Assembly: GCA_964501035.1 (NCBI GenBank)
Contig: CAZCRK010000006.1
Location: 1 to 51,539 of the forward strand
Direction: 5' to 3'
DNA: 51,539 nucleotides
Below, piece after piece: positions 40,901-51,470 of this stretch. The notes under the pieces were generated by a model. The model had not been told where the DNA came from and ran no database searches. It saw nothing but the letters and a program-made list of their open reading frames with translations. The stretch's first letter is position 1; each line of letters begins with the position of its first letter. The translations under genes and the position numbers were made by a program.

Positions 40901-42011
40901 AAGAATACCCATGGTATTTTGTATTTCTTCTTGGATTTGATTTTTTAGCAATGCTAATTAACAACCCGATACATCCAAGAGTATAAATTGTATGCGATCC
41001 TCCATAACTAATAAATGGAATAGGTAAACCCGTAGTTGGTGCAAATCCAATGACATAGAGAGCATTCACCATAAAATAAAATACTATGTTTAAAATTATT
41101 CCAAGCGCAAGAAACATGCTAAACAAATCAGGTGATTCCTGAACTATTTTTATCCCTTTGTGAAACAGAACTAGAAACAATGCAAAAATTACTAAAATTC
41201 CGATAAATCCAAATTCTTCACCAACAATAGGTAGAATGAAATCTGTGTGTACCTCGGGTAAAAAACCATTTTTCACAATACTGTCACCAAATCCTATTCC
41301 AAATAACCCACCATTACTAAGTGCATACAACGATTGAAGTTTTTGATCATCCATTTCTCCACTAATGAAACTTTTTATTCTTTCCCATTGATAGGGATGC
41401 CTAAGAATCATTGAAGCTACTCCAATCAAGCCAACTAAACCAGCCGTCGCTAAGTGTTTAAGTCTTACACCACCTATATATAACATTGTAAATATGATTA
41501 AACTCATAATCAATGTTGTACTTGTGTCTGGTTGACTTATCACCAATAACATAGTAATGGCAAAATAGGGTAAGTATTCTTTGAGTAAAAATTGCCAATC
41601 ATGTAATTGTTTTTTATGCATTTCTAAAAAACTTGCTGTAAACAATATTAATGTAATTCTTGCAAGGTCGGATGTTGTCAACCAATTTCTACCAAAGAGA
41701 ATAAGCCATCTAGCAGTTGAAACATTTTCAGGTTTAAACATAAACGCCAAAAGCATTACAACCCATGAGATAATTAACAAGAATTTTGTATAGTATTTGA
41801 AATTTCTATAGTTAATATTTGTTAAGATGTAAAAGATACCACTTCCGACTGTAAGCCATTTCAAATGTTTAAATAAATAATGGTAATAATTATTATACTT
41901 ATTAACAGCAATTGTTGAACTAGCACTGTATAGCATGATGGTTCCAACTCCAACTAATGCAATTACAATATATAAAATTGATTGGTCGTATGATTGTGCC
42001 TTTGTGGTCAT
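40893..42011 (-). CDS. ftsW: SEDS glycosyltransferase FtsW
   Basis: YSAS, ARW, QPDTST, LPEVHTDFI and PTTGLPIPFISYGGS; lies between murD and murG. Confidence 0.94.
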   Translation of the reverse strand: MTTKAQSYDQSILYIVIALVGVGTIMLYSASSTIAVNKYNNYYHYLFKHLKWLTVGSGIFYILTNINYRNFKYYTKFLLIISWVVMLLAFMFKPENVSTARWLILFGRNWLTTSDLARITLILFTASFLEMHKKQLHDWQFLLKEYLPYFAITMLLVISQPDTSTTLIMSLIIFTMLYIGGVRLKHLATAGLVGLIGVASMILRHPYQWERIKSFISGEMDDQKLQSLYALSNGGLFGIGFGDSIVKNGFLPEVHTDFILPIVGEEFGFIGILVIFALFLVLFHKGIKIVQESPDLFSMFLALGIILNIVFYFMVNALYVIGFAPTTGLPIPFISYGGSHTIYTLGCIGLLISIAKKSNPRRNTKYHGYSYE

Positions 42012-43378
42012 TTTGCAGTATCCAATGCATGTATTAAATCTGTAAATGCTTGCCCACGTTCTTCATAATTATTGAATTGGTCGAAACTAGCACAAGCAGG
42101 AGATAATAAAACTATATCTCCATTTTCAGCAATATTCTTTGATTGTGAAAACCCATCACTAAAATTTTGAAAATACTCGCAGGTGAAATCAGACGAAAGT
42201 TGATTATATATATTTTTGCCTGTTTGACCATAGCAAATTATTGCCTTCACTCTGTCTTTCATTGCTGATTTTAATTCGGTAAAATCACTTTCACCTTTAT
42301 CTTGCCCACCTAGTATTAAAATTATATTATTTTCAAAACTTTCAATGGCTACTTTTGATGCTGCAATATTGGTCGCTTTTGAATCGTTGTAATATATAAC
42401 ACCATTTATCTCTTCAATAAATTCCAAACGATGCGGAATTGGAATAAACTCCTGAATTGCTTTAGAAATTGCATTGTCGGAAACACCAAACAAAGTAGCT
42501 ATCGTAGATGAAGCCAATATGTTTTGAATATTGTGCTTGCCTACCAATGGACAATTTTCCAAATAAAATAGAACAGTATCATTTTGATTGTAAACCTTGG
42601 TACTATTCAAATGGTAAAGAGTCTGATTAGAAGCAGAAAGGGAGAAAAATTCTGTGCGTTCCTTTCCCTTAACCAAAGACAGGAGGAGGAGGTCATCTTC
42701 GTTAATTACTAACCAACCAGACTCTTTTAAATTTTTTGCAATATTTAATTTTGTTTTTGCATATGATTCCAAGTTTTCATACCTATCCATGTGATCTGGA
42801 CTAATATTTAACACAGCTGCAATTTGTGGACTAAAATGCAAAATATGTTCAAGTTGAAAACTACTTAGCTCTAAAATATGTACAGAATTTTCTTTGGGTT
42901 CTTTGAGCTGTTTTAGAACATTTTCAGAAAAAGGAATCCCTACATTGCCCCCAATGAATGAATTATATCCTTCATTTATACACATATTATTGAGTAAATG
43001 TGTAGTGGTTGTTTTTCCATTTGATCCAGTAATTGCCAAAATAGGATCATTGGTGAACCATGAAGCAAATTCAATCTCACTGATAACAATCCCACCTTGA
43101 TTCACAAATTTTTGAACAATGGGTATTGAATCAGGTATTCCTGGACTTATAATTAACACATCTGCTTCTAAAACTCGGTCTGAGTGTTTATCTAATTCAA
43201 ATTCAAATGCCTGTATGTTTTGTTTTATTTCAATAGAGTTTGATACATCACTAATGAACACATTAGCACCCAAATATTGAGCTAGTTTCCCTGCACTAAT
43301 CCCGCTTTTACCTGCACCTAAAATGCTGATTTTTTGGGTTTTCCAGTTTATGTTTGATATTTCTTTCAAATTAATCAC
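42008..43378 (-). CDS. murD: UDP-MurNAc-L-Ala-D-glutamate ligase
   Basis: SPGI, TGSNGKTT, ELSSFQL, DHMDRY, NDSKATN and LSPACASFDQF. Confidence 0.98.
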   Translation of the reverse strand: MINLKEISNINWKTQKISILGAGKSGISAGKLAQYLGANVFISDVSNSIEIKQNIQAFEFELDKHSDRVLEADVLIISPGIPDSIPIVQKFVNQGGIVISEIEFASWFTNDPILAITGSNGKTTTTHLLNNMCINEGYNSFIGGNVGIPFSENVLKQLKEPKENSVHILELSSFQLEHILHFSPQIAAVLNISPDHMDRYENLESYAKTKLNIAKNLKESGWLVINEDDLLLLSLVKGKERTEFFSLSASNQTLYHLNSTKVYNQNDTVLFYLENCPLVGKHNIQNILASSTIATLFGVSDNAISKAIQEFIPIPHRLEFIEEINGVIYYNDSKATNIAASKVAIESFENNIILILGGQDKGESDFTELKSAMKDRVKAIICYGQTGKNIYNQLSSDFTCEYFQNFSDGFSQSKNIAENGDIVLLSPACASFDQFNNYEERGQAFTDLIHALDTAK

Positions 43379-44478
43379 TGAATTTTAAATGTCGTTAATG
43401 ATAAAAATGCCAAAAGAATTCCGATAATCCAAAAACGAATAACAACATGATTTTCATTCCAACCATATATCTCAAAATGGTGATGAATTGGAGCCATTTT
43501 AAATAAACGTTTACCTTCACCATATTTGTTTTTTGTATATCTAAAATATCCAAGTTGAATTATGACTGAAAGAGATTCTGCAACAAATACTCCACCAATA
43601 ATGACTAGTAAAATTTCTTTTTTGAGAAGAACCGCTAATGTTCCAAGTGCTGCACCCATTGCTAATGAACCTGTGTCTCCCATAAATACCTTTGCAGGAT
43701 GTGCATTATACCAAAGAAATCCAATACTTGCTCCAATGAGAGCCAAACAGAAAATAAATAATTCACCCGTCCCGGGTAGATATAAAATATTCAAATAATC
43801 ACTATAATCAAACCTACCAGATGCATACGCAATTGCACCAAATACTAACGTTGCAATAGCAACTAATCCTGTAGCCAATCCATCTAAACCATCTGTTAAA
43901 TTCACAGCATTAGAAGTACCTGTTATGACTAAAACAACTAGTGGAATGTAGAACCAACCCAAGTCAAATGTACCATTTGCAACAAATGGTAGAGATATTA
44001 CAGATTTGACAGATTCACTCATGGGATAAAAATACAAAATAGACCCAATAATTAATCCTAATGATATCTGTCCAATCATTTTGTATTTAGCAACTAAACC
44101 TTTTGGATATTTTTTGATTACCTTTAAATAATCATCCAAGAAACCAATGGCACCCATCCAGATAGTAGCCATTAAAATGAGTAAAATATATCTATCATCT
44201 AATCTCGCCCAAAGGATAGTGGGAAGGATAATAGCCATCAGGATAATTATCCCTCCCATCGTTGGAGTACCTTCTTTTTTTTGGTGAGATGCGGGCCCAG
44301 ATTTTCGAATGGTTTCACCAATTTGATGAACCAAGAGTGTGCGGATGATTTTGGGCCCGATGAGGAAACTAATTAACAGAGCGGTTATGGCAGCACCAAT
44401 GGCTCTGAATGAAATGTATTGAAAAATGTTAAAACCAAAGTAAAAATCTCTTAATGGATATAGTAGTTCATACAGCAT
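43375..44478 (-). CDS. mraY: Phospho-MurNAc-pentapeptide transferase
   Basis: KEGTPTMGG, DDY, SNAVNLTDGLDGLA, FMGDTGS and MAPIHHHFE. Confidence 0.98.
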   Translation of the reverse strand: MLYELLYPLRDFYFGFNIFQYISFRAIGAAITALLISFLIGPKIIRTLLVHQIGETIRKSGPASHQKKEGTPTMGGIIILMAIILPTILWARLDDRYILLILMATIWMGAIGFLDDYLKVIKKYPKGLVAKYKMIGQISLGLIIGSILYFYPMSESVKSVISLPFVANGTFDLGWFYIPLVVLVITGTSNAVNLTDGLDGLATGLVAIATLVFGAIAYASGRFDYSDYLNILYLPGTGELFIFCLALIGASIGFLWYNAHPAKVFMGDTGSLAMGAALGTLAVLLKKEILLVIIGGVFVAESLSVIIQLGYFRYTKNKYGEGKRLFKMAPIHHHFEIYGWNENHVVIRFWIIGILLAFLSLTTFKIQ

Positions 44479-45820
44479 GATGGTTAAATCCTTGTGTGAT
44501 GACTTCTTCCATTTGCATTCTGCGTGACCCTTTTAAATACACCAAGTCACCCGAATTTACAACCGATTGAAGTTCGTGAATTAAACGTGTTTTTTCTGCA
44601 AAGTGATATTTTATAATGGAGGTATTTGATATGGAATCAAATGTAAAGTTTGTTAATGTTCCATAAGTAAATACCATATCAATATTTGTATCTGAAATAA
44701 ACTCACCCAAGAGCTTATGATGTTCAATTTCTAGTGAACCAAGTTCTAGCATATCGCCTAAAACAACAATGCGTTTACCATTTATTTTAGATTGAATTAT
44801 ATTTTCTATCCCAGCAATTGCGGATTGTAGATTGGCATTGTAACTGTCATCAATAAACTTAATGTTTCGAATTTCATGCACTACTCCACGCCCCTGTGGT
44901 AGTGAAAAGGATTGTAACCGACTTTCAATTTCTTCGTGAGATACACCGAGAGTAGAAGCAATACTATAAATTGCTAATATATTTTTTGCAAATGTAGTAT
45001 CAAAGTAATCAAGTTGAAGTAGTCTATTATTAATTTTGAGAGATTTACCCCCATTGTTTGAAACATATTCTGCATTAAAATTGTTACTTTTGCTAAAACC
45101 AAAACTTACTGATTGTGAGCTATGTTGAATAGTATTAATCAAATTATCATTTTTATTGACAAATGCAATTCCATCTGCAGGAAGGGATTTGAATAAGGCT
45201 GATTTTGTTTCCACTATCTCTTCAATTGTTTCGAATTGACTAATATGTGCCTCAGATATATTGGTAATCAATCCCATATTGGGTAGAGCAATATCGCACA
45301 AAGTTTGAATTTCACCCGGTTCACTTGCACCCATTTCTAAAATACAATAATCGATATTTTCAGGTATAGTAAACATGGTGATTGGAAGTCCGATTGTACT
45401 ATTAAAATTCCCCTCTGTCTTCATTGTAGAAAATGAAGGGGAAAGAATATGATACAGTAAATCTTTATTTGTAGTTTTACCATTGGTACCGGTTATTCCA
45501 ATTACAGTTGTATTGATTTGTGTTCGATAATCAGTTGCCAGTTTTGCAAGTGTGTTTAAGGTTGACTTAACATACGTAATTTTTGAATCTGGATCAATTG
45601 AACTATCCTCAGAAAAGACAATAGAAGCACCGCTTTGTAATGCACTATTAATAAATTGATGTCCATCAAAATGCTCACCTTTTATTGGAAGATAAATATC
45701 TCCTTCTTGAACTAGCCGTGAATCAATAGTAAATCCATTTAAATTATCAGGGGAAATAGAAATCGAATACGCTTGTAATACATCTGACATTAACTTAGCA
45801 TCTTTTAAATCAACTCTCAT
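44468..45820 (-). CDS. murF: UDP-MurNAc-tripeptide-D-Ala-D-Ala ligase
   Basis: [37 protein letters not shown] and KGSR. Start reset to ATG 45820. Confidence 0.96.
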   Translation of the reverse strand: MRVDLKDAKLMSDVLQAYSISISPDNLNGFTIDSRLVQEGDIYLPIKGEHFDGHQFINSALQSGASIVFSEDSSIDPDSKITYVKSTLNTLAKLATDYRTQINTTVIGITGTNGKTTNKDLLYHILSPSFSTMKTEGNFNSTIGLPITMFTIPENIDYCILEMGASEPGEIQTLCDIALPNMGLITNISEAHISQFETIEEIVETKSALFKSLPADGIAFVNKNDNLINTIQHSSQSVSFGFSKSNNFNAEYVSNNGGKSLKINNRLLQLDYFDTTFAKNILAIYSIASTLGVSHEEIESRLQSFSLPQGRGVVHEIRNIKFIDDSYNANLQSAIAGIENIIQSKINGKRIVVLGDMLELGSLEIEHHKLLGEFISDTNIDMVFTYGTLTNFTFDSISNTSIIKYHFAEKTRLIHELQSVVNSGDLVYLKGSRRMQMEEVITQGFNHHAV

Positions 45821-47258
45821 TTGTAAATCCTTGAATTGATTCAACATCACTATAGTAATGTTTTTCACCTTTAACTAATTGATAGTCCTCTCTACCTTTA
45901 CCCAGAACCAATAACACTGTATTCTCATCCATTTGCTCCATGGCAGTTTGAATTGCAGATTTTCTATCATTAATAATAGTATATTTTTTTGAATCAAATC
46001 CTGCAACAATATCGTTTAAAATATCTTCAGTATCATCCCAACGTGGGTTATCAGTAGTAACAAAAACATGATCAGAGTATTGTTCGGCAATGGATGCCAT
46101 TAAAGGTCTCTTTTCCGTATCCCTGTTTCCTCCGCATCCAAATAAAGTAAATATTTTTGTGATCTCATTTGAAAACTTTGTTACGGATGACAATACTTTT
46201 TGATACGCATCTGGAGTATGAGCATAATCAATAAATACTTTTTTGTTAGTTGAATTTTCAATCCGTTCAAGACGACCTGGAACCGAAAGGAATGTTTTAA
46301 TTCCATACTGAATATTATGAGTTTCCATCCCCATTGCAGAACAAATCCCAATAGCTGCCATTATATTGGACAAGTTATATTCACCAATTAATGTGGAGGA
46401 GATTTCAACTTGTTTCCCAAAACAAGAAATAGTTGCATCCGTACCAGAAAGTGTAAAACGCATATCAACAGGGAAGATGTCATTCGATGGGTCATTTCCA
46501 TACGAAATTGGTTTAGCTTTGGAATTTTCAATGATGCGAGATGAATAGGGGTCATCACAATTAACTACAATCGTTTTATCCGATGAAAGTTGAGTGAATA
46601 ATTTTAATTTGGATTGAAAATACTGTTCCATATCAGTATGAAAATCAAGATGATCTTGGCTTAAATTTGTAAATACAGCAATATCTACTTCGACATTATC
46701 AACTCGATGTAATTCCAATGCATGTGAAGAAATTTCCATTACAACGTGATTAATTCCACCATTTTTTAATGTTTGAAAAATCTGCTGAACCTCGATAGAC
46801 TCTGGAGTTGTGAATCCAGTTGACATCAACCCACTAGGAGTTTTAAACCCTAGCGTACCCATGGAACTACAGGGAATTCCAGCCGCATTGATAATATGGT
46901 CCACCAGAAATGCAGTAGATGTTTTACCATTTGTTCCAGTAATTCCAATGATTTGCATGTCTTTAGATGGATGTTTATAAAAATTACTTGCTAACTGCGA
47001 CATCATTGCACGTGGATTTGACACTTGAATAATTGGTACAATATCTGTTATTGGTGCTCTACCATTTGCCATAACTGCAATAGCACCAGAATCTACTGCA
47101 TCAAAAATATAATCATGACCATCAACATTTTCACCCGATATAGCAACAAACATAGTACCTGGTTTAACTTTTCTAGAATCGTGCGTAATGAAGTTTACCT
47201 CTCGATCGTCAATAGTACCATTAAATGGAATATCTTTTAACAGTTGATTCAATTTCAT
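45810..47258 (-). CDS. murE: UDP-MurNAc-dipeptide-meso-DAP ligase
   Basis: [39 protein letters not shown] and the DAP-type DNPR motif. Start reset to ATG 47258. Confidence 0.97.
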   Translation of the reverse strand: MKLNQLLKDIPFNGTIDDREVNFITHDSRKVKPGTMFVAISGENVDGHDYIFDAVDSGAIAVMANGRAPITDIVPIIQVSNPRAMMSQLASNFYKHPSKDMQIIGITGTNGKTSTAFLVDHIINAAGIPCSSMGTLGFKTPSGLMSTGFTTPESIEVQQIFQTLKNGGINHVVMEISSHALELHRVDNVEVDIAVFTNLSQDHLDFHTDMEQYFQSKLKLFTQLSSDKTIVVNCDDPYSSRIIENSKAKPISYGNDPSNDIFPVDMRFTLSGTDATISCFGKQVEISSTLIGEYNLSNIMAAIGICSAMGMETHNIQYGIKTFLSVPGRLERIENSTNKKVFIDYAHTPDAYQKVLSSVTKFSNEITKIFTLFGCGGNRDTEKRPLMASIAEQYSDHVFVTTDNPRWDDTEDILNDIVAGFDSKKYTIINDRKSAIQTAMEQMDENTVLLVLGKGREDYQLVKGEKHYYSDVESIQGFTNES

Positions 47259-49216
47259 CCAACAATTTCCATTTTTAAAATACATTCCTTTGAAGAAACT
47301 CTTTTCCCCGGTTTAATAGATTGCCAAACAACTCGACCAGAGGTTCCACTCGGTGTTATTGTTAGCCCTATTCCTCGAGCTGTATTGATAGCACTTTTTA
47401 GAGTTAATCCTACAAAATTTGGTACTACAGTTTCTTTTTCAATTACACCGCTTTTTCTTATCGGGTGAAGCGTTGTAGTTTTTTGCTTATTTTCTGCAAT
47501 CAACTCTTGTTTTTTTGAATTAGTAGATGGTTTTATTGTGTTATCTGAATTAATAATTCTTTTGTAAATCTCTTTTGTAATTGGAGCAGAGGACATATTG
47601 CCCCAATGAAATCCATATTGGGGTGTATCTACTGTTACAATACAAACATATTTTGGATTATCTATTGGAAAAATCGAAGCAAAAGAAGAAATAAACTCAT
47701 GTTTTGAATATTTTCCATCGATAAACTTTTCAGCTGTTCCTGTCTTTCCACCAATTAAATATCCTGGAATTTTTGCATTCGTACCAGTACCATAATCAAC
47801 GACAGAAGTAAGCATTTTCATTATTTCTTGGGTGGTTTCAGAGGAAACAACTTGCCTAATCAATTCTGTTTTATTGGTGTATTCTAAGTAATAATCACCC
47901 TCGACATGGGATACAATTTTGGGTTCAATTAAATAACCTCCATTTGCAATTGTTGAATATGCCATTGCTAATTGTAATGTGGTTACAGAAATTTCTTGCC
48001 CAATTGGAACAGATATATTTGATCTGCCTGTCCACTCACTTAATCCACGTAGTTTTCCAGAAGCTTCGTTAGGTAATGAAAGATAAGTAATGTTACCAAA
48101 TCCAAATTTTCTTGAATAATCATAAATTGTATGAGCACCTAAATCCTGTGACATTTTTGCTACACCAATATTACTCGAATATGCAAAAATATCATAAATA
48201 GATAAATCATCATGAGGTTCGTGATCATGTAATATTTTTCTTCCAGCAGGTGGTAAATATTCACCATTTTCGCAAAAATAGGTTGTTTCTGAATTTACAC
48301 CATTGGCTTCCAACATTGCTGCTGTTGCAACAATTTTGTAAGTAGATCCGGGTTCGTACTCGGTAGATATTACTTTATTTTGAAAATATTCGACATTTGT
48401 AGTATTATAATAATTCAAATTAAAATCTGGCACGGTTGCCATTGCAATAATTTCTCCAGTAAAAGGGTCTATAATCACACCATTAACTGACTGAGCATTA
48501 TACTTTTCTAACCCCTTGTTCAATTCATCTTGTAGAATAGTTTGCAAATCAACATCAATAGTTAATGTAATATTATCGCCTCTTGAAACGATTGATTTAC
48601 TGTTTACCTCCGGTACCATTTTACCACGTATTGATTTTTTATATTTTACTTCATACTCCTTACCCTTTAATGCCTCATCGAATTGTTTTTCGATACCCAC
48701 TTGACCTATTTTATCTGCATCAATAAATCCAATTAATTGAGCAGCCAGACTATTGTAGGGATAATGTCTATGTTGAACTCTATCAATTTCGAGCCCTTTT
48801 ATATTTTTAACCTGAGAAAAGACTATCTCGCCTTCTTTTAACAAGGTATTATTTTCAAGAGGAATGTAGCTTTTACGCTTATTCAGTCTATTTTTGTAAT
48901 CCTGGATTGGTTTTCCAAAAACTGAAGATAGATATTGAGAAATTTGAGCAGAGTCATACTCACCCGTTGTATTTGCCCAAATTGTATATCGAGTAATACT
49001 TTGAGCCAATTCATGACCATTTCTATCTAATATACTCCCTCGTGAACCTTCAACAGTGCGTAATCGCATGCCTTCAGTTATTGCTTCATTAGCAAAATTG
49101 TCAAAATCGACTATTTGAATCAAAAATATCTTTCCGACTATCAAAAAACAGAGTGAGAACACTGCAGTTATCACAAGTTGAATCCGTTTTCTATATTGTT
49201 GATACATACTTGTCAC
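47255..49216 (-). CDS. ftsI: Division transpeptidase FtsI/PBP3 with C-terminal PASTA domain
   Basis: [16 protein letters not shown] (SxxK), SSN, GKTGTA and PASTA-like VPNFVGL...QSIKPG. Confidence 0.95.
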   Translation of the reverse strand: MTSMYQQYRKRIQLVITAVFSLCFLIVGKIFLIQIVDFDNFANEAITEGMRLRTVEGSRGSILDRNGHELAQSITRYTIWANTTGEYDSAQISQYLSSVFGKPIQDYKNRLNKRKSYIPLENNTLLKEGEIVFSQVKNIKGLEIDRVQHRHYPYNSLAAQLIGFIDADKIGQVGIEKQFDEALKGKEYEVKYKKSIRGKMVPEVNSKSIVSRGDNITLTIDVDLQTILQDELNKGLEKYNAQSVNGVIIDPFTGEIIAMATVPDFNLNYYNTTNVEYFQNKVISTEYEPGSTYKIVATAAMLEANGVNSETTYFCENGEYLPPAGRKILHDHEPHDDLSIYDIFAYSSNIGVAKMSQDLGAHTIYDYSRKFGFGNITYLSLPNEASGKLRGLSEWTGRSNISVPIGQEISVTTLQLAMAYSTIANGGYLIEPKIVSHVEGDYYLEYTNKTELIRQVVSSETTQEIMKMLTSVVDYGTGTNAKIPGYLIGGKTGTAEKFIDGKYSKHEFISSFASIFPIDNPKYVCIVTVDTPQYGFHWGNMSSAPITKEIYKRIINSDNTIKPSTNSKKQELIAENKQKTTTLHPIRKSGVIEKETVVPNFVGLTLKSAINTARGIGLTITPSGTSGRVVWQSIKPGKRVSSKECILKMEIVG

Positions 49217-49512
49217 TTAATGTCTTCCAAATAAACGATGAGTGATTCTGGCACAGGTGTAAACATGTTGAATTTTTCTTTGGCAACTTGTTGAATCCGT
49301 GATTGACTCGATAACAATTTTTGTTCACTTCTCATTATATTCAACTTATTGATATACGTAATACGTTTGTTACGTAATTCTTGAATATTAGAATGAACAT
49401 TAATAGACTCATTTCTTATAGATAGATATGACAATAAATAAATTGTAATAGACGCAACAAAAATGAAGAAAAAAAGCAAATCCCATGTGGTTGATTTTTG
49501 TTTCTTAACCAC
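49213..49512 (-). CDS. ftsL: Cell division protein FtsL-like
   Basis: Short TM plus coiled coil and LSS.SRI..VAKEKFNM..P; lies between rsmH and ftsI. Confidence 0.8.
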   Translation of the reverse strand: MVKKQKSTTWDLLFFFIFVASITIYLLSYLSIRNESINVHSNIQELRNKRITYINKLNIMRSEQKLLSSQSRIQQVAKEKFNMFTPVPESLIVYLEDIK

Positions 49513-49514
49513 TC

Positions 49515-50453
49515 CTAAACCCTTTCTGCCACACGTAGTTTTGCACTACGAGCTCGTGGGTTTTGTGCAAGCTCACTTTTAGAGCTAACAATTGCTTTTC
49601 GTTTTATCATTCTTAATAATGGTACAGTTTCACATACGCATACTGGATATTCTTTAGGACACACGCAGTCTTTAGAGTGTGCTTGAAAAAAACGTTTAAC
49701 AATTTTATCTTCTAATGAATGAAATGTAATCACTGCTATTCTTCCGCCCTTTTTAACATACGTTAATGTGTGATGCAATGCTGTTTTTAGTGATTCAAGC
49801 TCCTGATTGACTTCAATTCTAATTGCTTGAAATACTCTCGACAGACTTTTAACTAAAAATCTGTCATAAATAACAGTAGCTATTGCATTACGTAAATCTA
49901 ATGTTGTTTCCATCGTTCCGCTGTTTACTTGTGTGACGATTGCTGATGCAATTTTCTTGTGATATCTTTCCTCACCATAATCACGAATTAATACAGATAA
50001 CTCTTGCTCATTTAATTGGTACAATAAATCACGTGCCGACATACCCTTGTTAGGATTAAACCTCATATCTAATGGTGCTTCAGTTTGAAAAGAAAAACCC
50101 CTATGCTTTGCATCTACTTGATAGGAAGAAACACCAATATCTAATAAAATTCCATTCACTGACTGAATCTCCATTTCATTAAGGACTTTTGGGAAATTCT
50201 GAAAGTTTTCATTATGCAGTGAAATCTGTGTTTTAAAATCACAAAGACGTTTTTCAGAAAATTCCAATGCATATGGATCGGCGTCAATTCCTATTAATTT
50301 TCCAGTGTTGTTTAAGTTCTGTAGTATTGCAGTTGAATGACCTGCAAATCCAATTGTACCGTCTATATAAGTTCCACTTGGGTCTGTAATTAAATGGGAG
50401 ACCGTTTCCTCTAATAAAACAGGTTGGTGAGGAATATCGGTCATGGATTGCAC
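49515..50453 (-). CDS. rsmH: 16S rRNA C1402 N4-methyltransferase
   Basis: HQPVLLEE, DGTIGFAGH, DIGVSS, PLDMR, FQAIRIEVN, TFHSLED and NPRARSAKLR. Confidence 0.98.
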   Translation of the reverse strand: MQSMTDIPHQPVLLEETVSHLITDPSGTYIDGTIGFAGHSTAILQNLNNTGKLIGIDADPYALEFSEKRLCDFKTQISLHNENFQNFPKVLNEMEIQSVNGILLDIGVSSYQVDAKHRGFSFQTEAPLDMRFNPNKGMSARDLLYQLNEQELSVLIRDYGEERYHKKIASAIVTQVNSGTMETTLDLRNAIATVIYDRFLVKSLSRVFQAIRIEVNQELESLKTALHHTLTYVKKGGRIAVITFHSLEDKIVKRFFQAHSKDCVCPKEYPVCVCETVPLLRMIKRKAIVSSKSELAQNPRARSAKLRVAERV

Positions 50454-50914
50454 TAAAAATTAATCTCACCAGCTAAGTCTTCAAAACTTTGCATACTCTC
50501 ATCTTGAGCAGATTCGTGTATTTTAAGTACATTTGGATCCCATAATTCAATTTTTTTAATCATACCAATAACTGATACGTGTTTTGAAATATTTGCGTAT
50601 GTTCCCATACTTTCAGGGATTGCTACTCTTCCTTGGCTATCAAATTGAACATGGGTTGCATGTCTCACAATAGATCTCACAAAGTTTCGATGTGAATTCT
50701 TGATTGAATTTAATGAAATCAATTGGGCTTCTACTTTTGCCCATTCTATGATAGGATATAAGATTAAGCATTTATCAAACCCATGCGTGAGAACAAATGT
50801 TCTATCATTAGAAGGGTGTAATGCTTTCCGAAATTTTGCCGGAATGCTTAACCGATTTTTCTGATCCAAAGAGTTACTAAACTCTCCAGTAAATGTTAAT
50901 TGAAGTTCTGTCAT
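50453..50914 (-). CDS. mraZ: Transcriptional regulator MraZ
   Basis: FTGEF...LDQKNRLSIPAKFR and second repeat DSQGRVAIP...IELW. Start reset to ATG 50914. Confidence 0.96.
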   Translation of the reverse strand: MTELQLTFTGEFSNSLDQKNRLSIPAKFRKALHPSNDRTFVLTHGFDKCLILYPIIEWAKVEAQLISLNSIKNSHRNFVRSIVRHATHVQFDSQGRVAIPESMGTYANISKHVSVIGMIKKIELWDPNVLKIHESAQDESMQSFEDLAGEINF

Positions 50915-50948
50915 AAATATAAATTCGCACACAAAAGCAAGGGATAAT

Positions 50949-50996
50949 TCCCCATTACTCCCCACAATTATATTCAACTTCCCCATAATCATGCAA
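50949..50996 (-). promoter_or_regulatory. dcw (mraZ) promoter with MraZ-binding direct repeats
   Basis: TTGCAT(50996-50991)-N18-TATAAT(50972-50967), overlapped by three TGGGGA repeats at 50949-54, 50959-64 and 50980-85. Confidence 0.8.
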
Positions 50997-51142
50997 GAAC
51001 AATCTGCAATTTTTGTGATTTATCCCACAAAATAGTGATTAACTCACTGATGGTTTTAAGCTGAAAGAATAGAAGTGGAATTCATATTTCTAAATACTTT
51101 TTGGTTACATATATCTACTTTAATTAATTTACTGAATGAATA

Positions 51143-51172
51143 TTGTTATCCCTTTACGTAAAGTCATATAAT
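51143..51172 (+). promoter_or_regulatory. Putative promoter of the recombinase remnant
   Basis: TTGTTA-N18-TATAAT, with the palindrome CTTTACGTAAAG (51152-51163) in the spacer. Confidence 0.45.
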
Positions 51173-51187
51173 ATGTTGCACGAAGTA

Positions 51188-51442
51188 ATGAAAACATATA
51201 AAAATTTACTTATTCAAAGAAGATATAGCAGTAATACACAAAAGGCCGGTATTGTGAAACATGCTACCGTTCATACTTTAAGACATAGTTTTGCCACACA
51301 CCTGCTTGAGCAAGGCACAGATTTGAGATATATTCAAGAACTATTGGGACATAGTAGCTCTAAAACTACCGAAATTTATACACATGTATCAAAAAAAGCA
51401 ATTGATAAGATTAAAAATCCAATCGATGATTTTTTTGAATAA
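51188..51442 (+). pseudogene. Internally deleted integron-integrase-like tyrosine recombinase
   Basis: SAM-like N-terminal start ([17 protein letters not shown]) fused directly to box II ([49 protein letters not shown]). Box I Arg region is absent. Start could be 51173 or 51188. Confidence 0.82.
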
Positions 51443-51470
51443 GGAAAAATAATAAATGATAAAAGGGAAA

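Noticed and set aside
1680..50469. The many short plus-strand ORFs and nested minus-strand ORFs in the track (e.g. 34920-35444, 22773-23141, 29060-29386)
   Set aside because: All lie antisense to or inside well-supported housekeeping genes and have no recognisable motifs; they are shadow ORFs.
50915..50992. 26-aa N-terminal extension of MraZ
   Set aside because: It overlaps the promoter and MraZ boxes; homology starts at the Met at 50914.
51152..51182. dif-like site upstream of the recombinase remnant
   Set aside because: Only a partial XerD-arm match and no XerC arm; better explained as a promoter and start region.
51143..51442. Intact xerC/xerD gene
   Set aside because: Far too short and lacks box I; the upstream DNA is non-coding promoter sequence.
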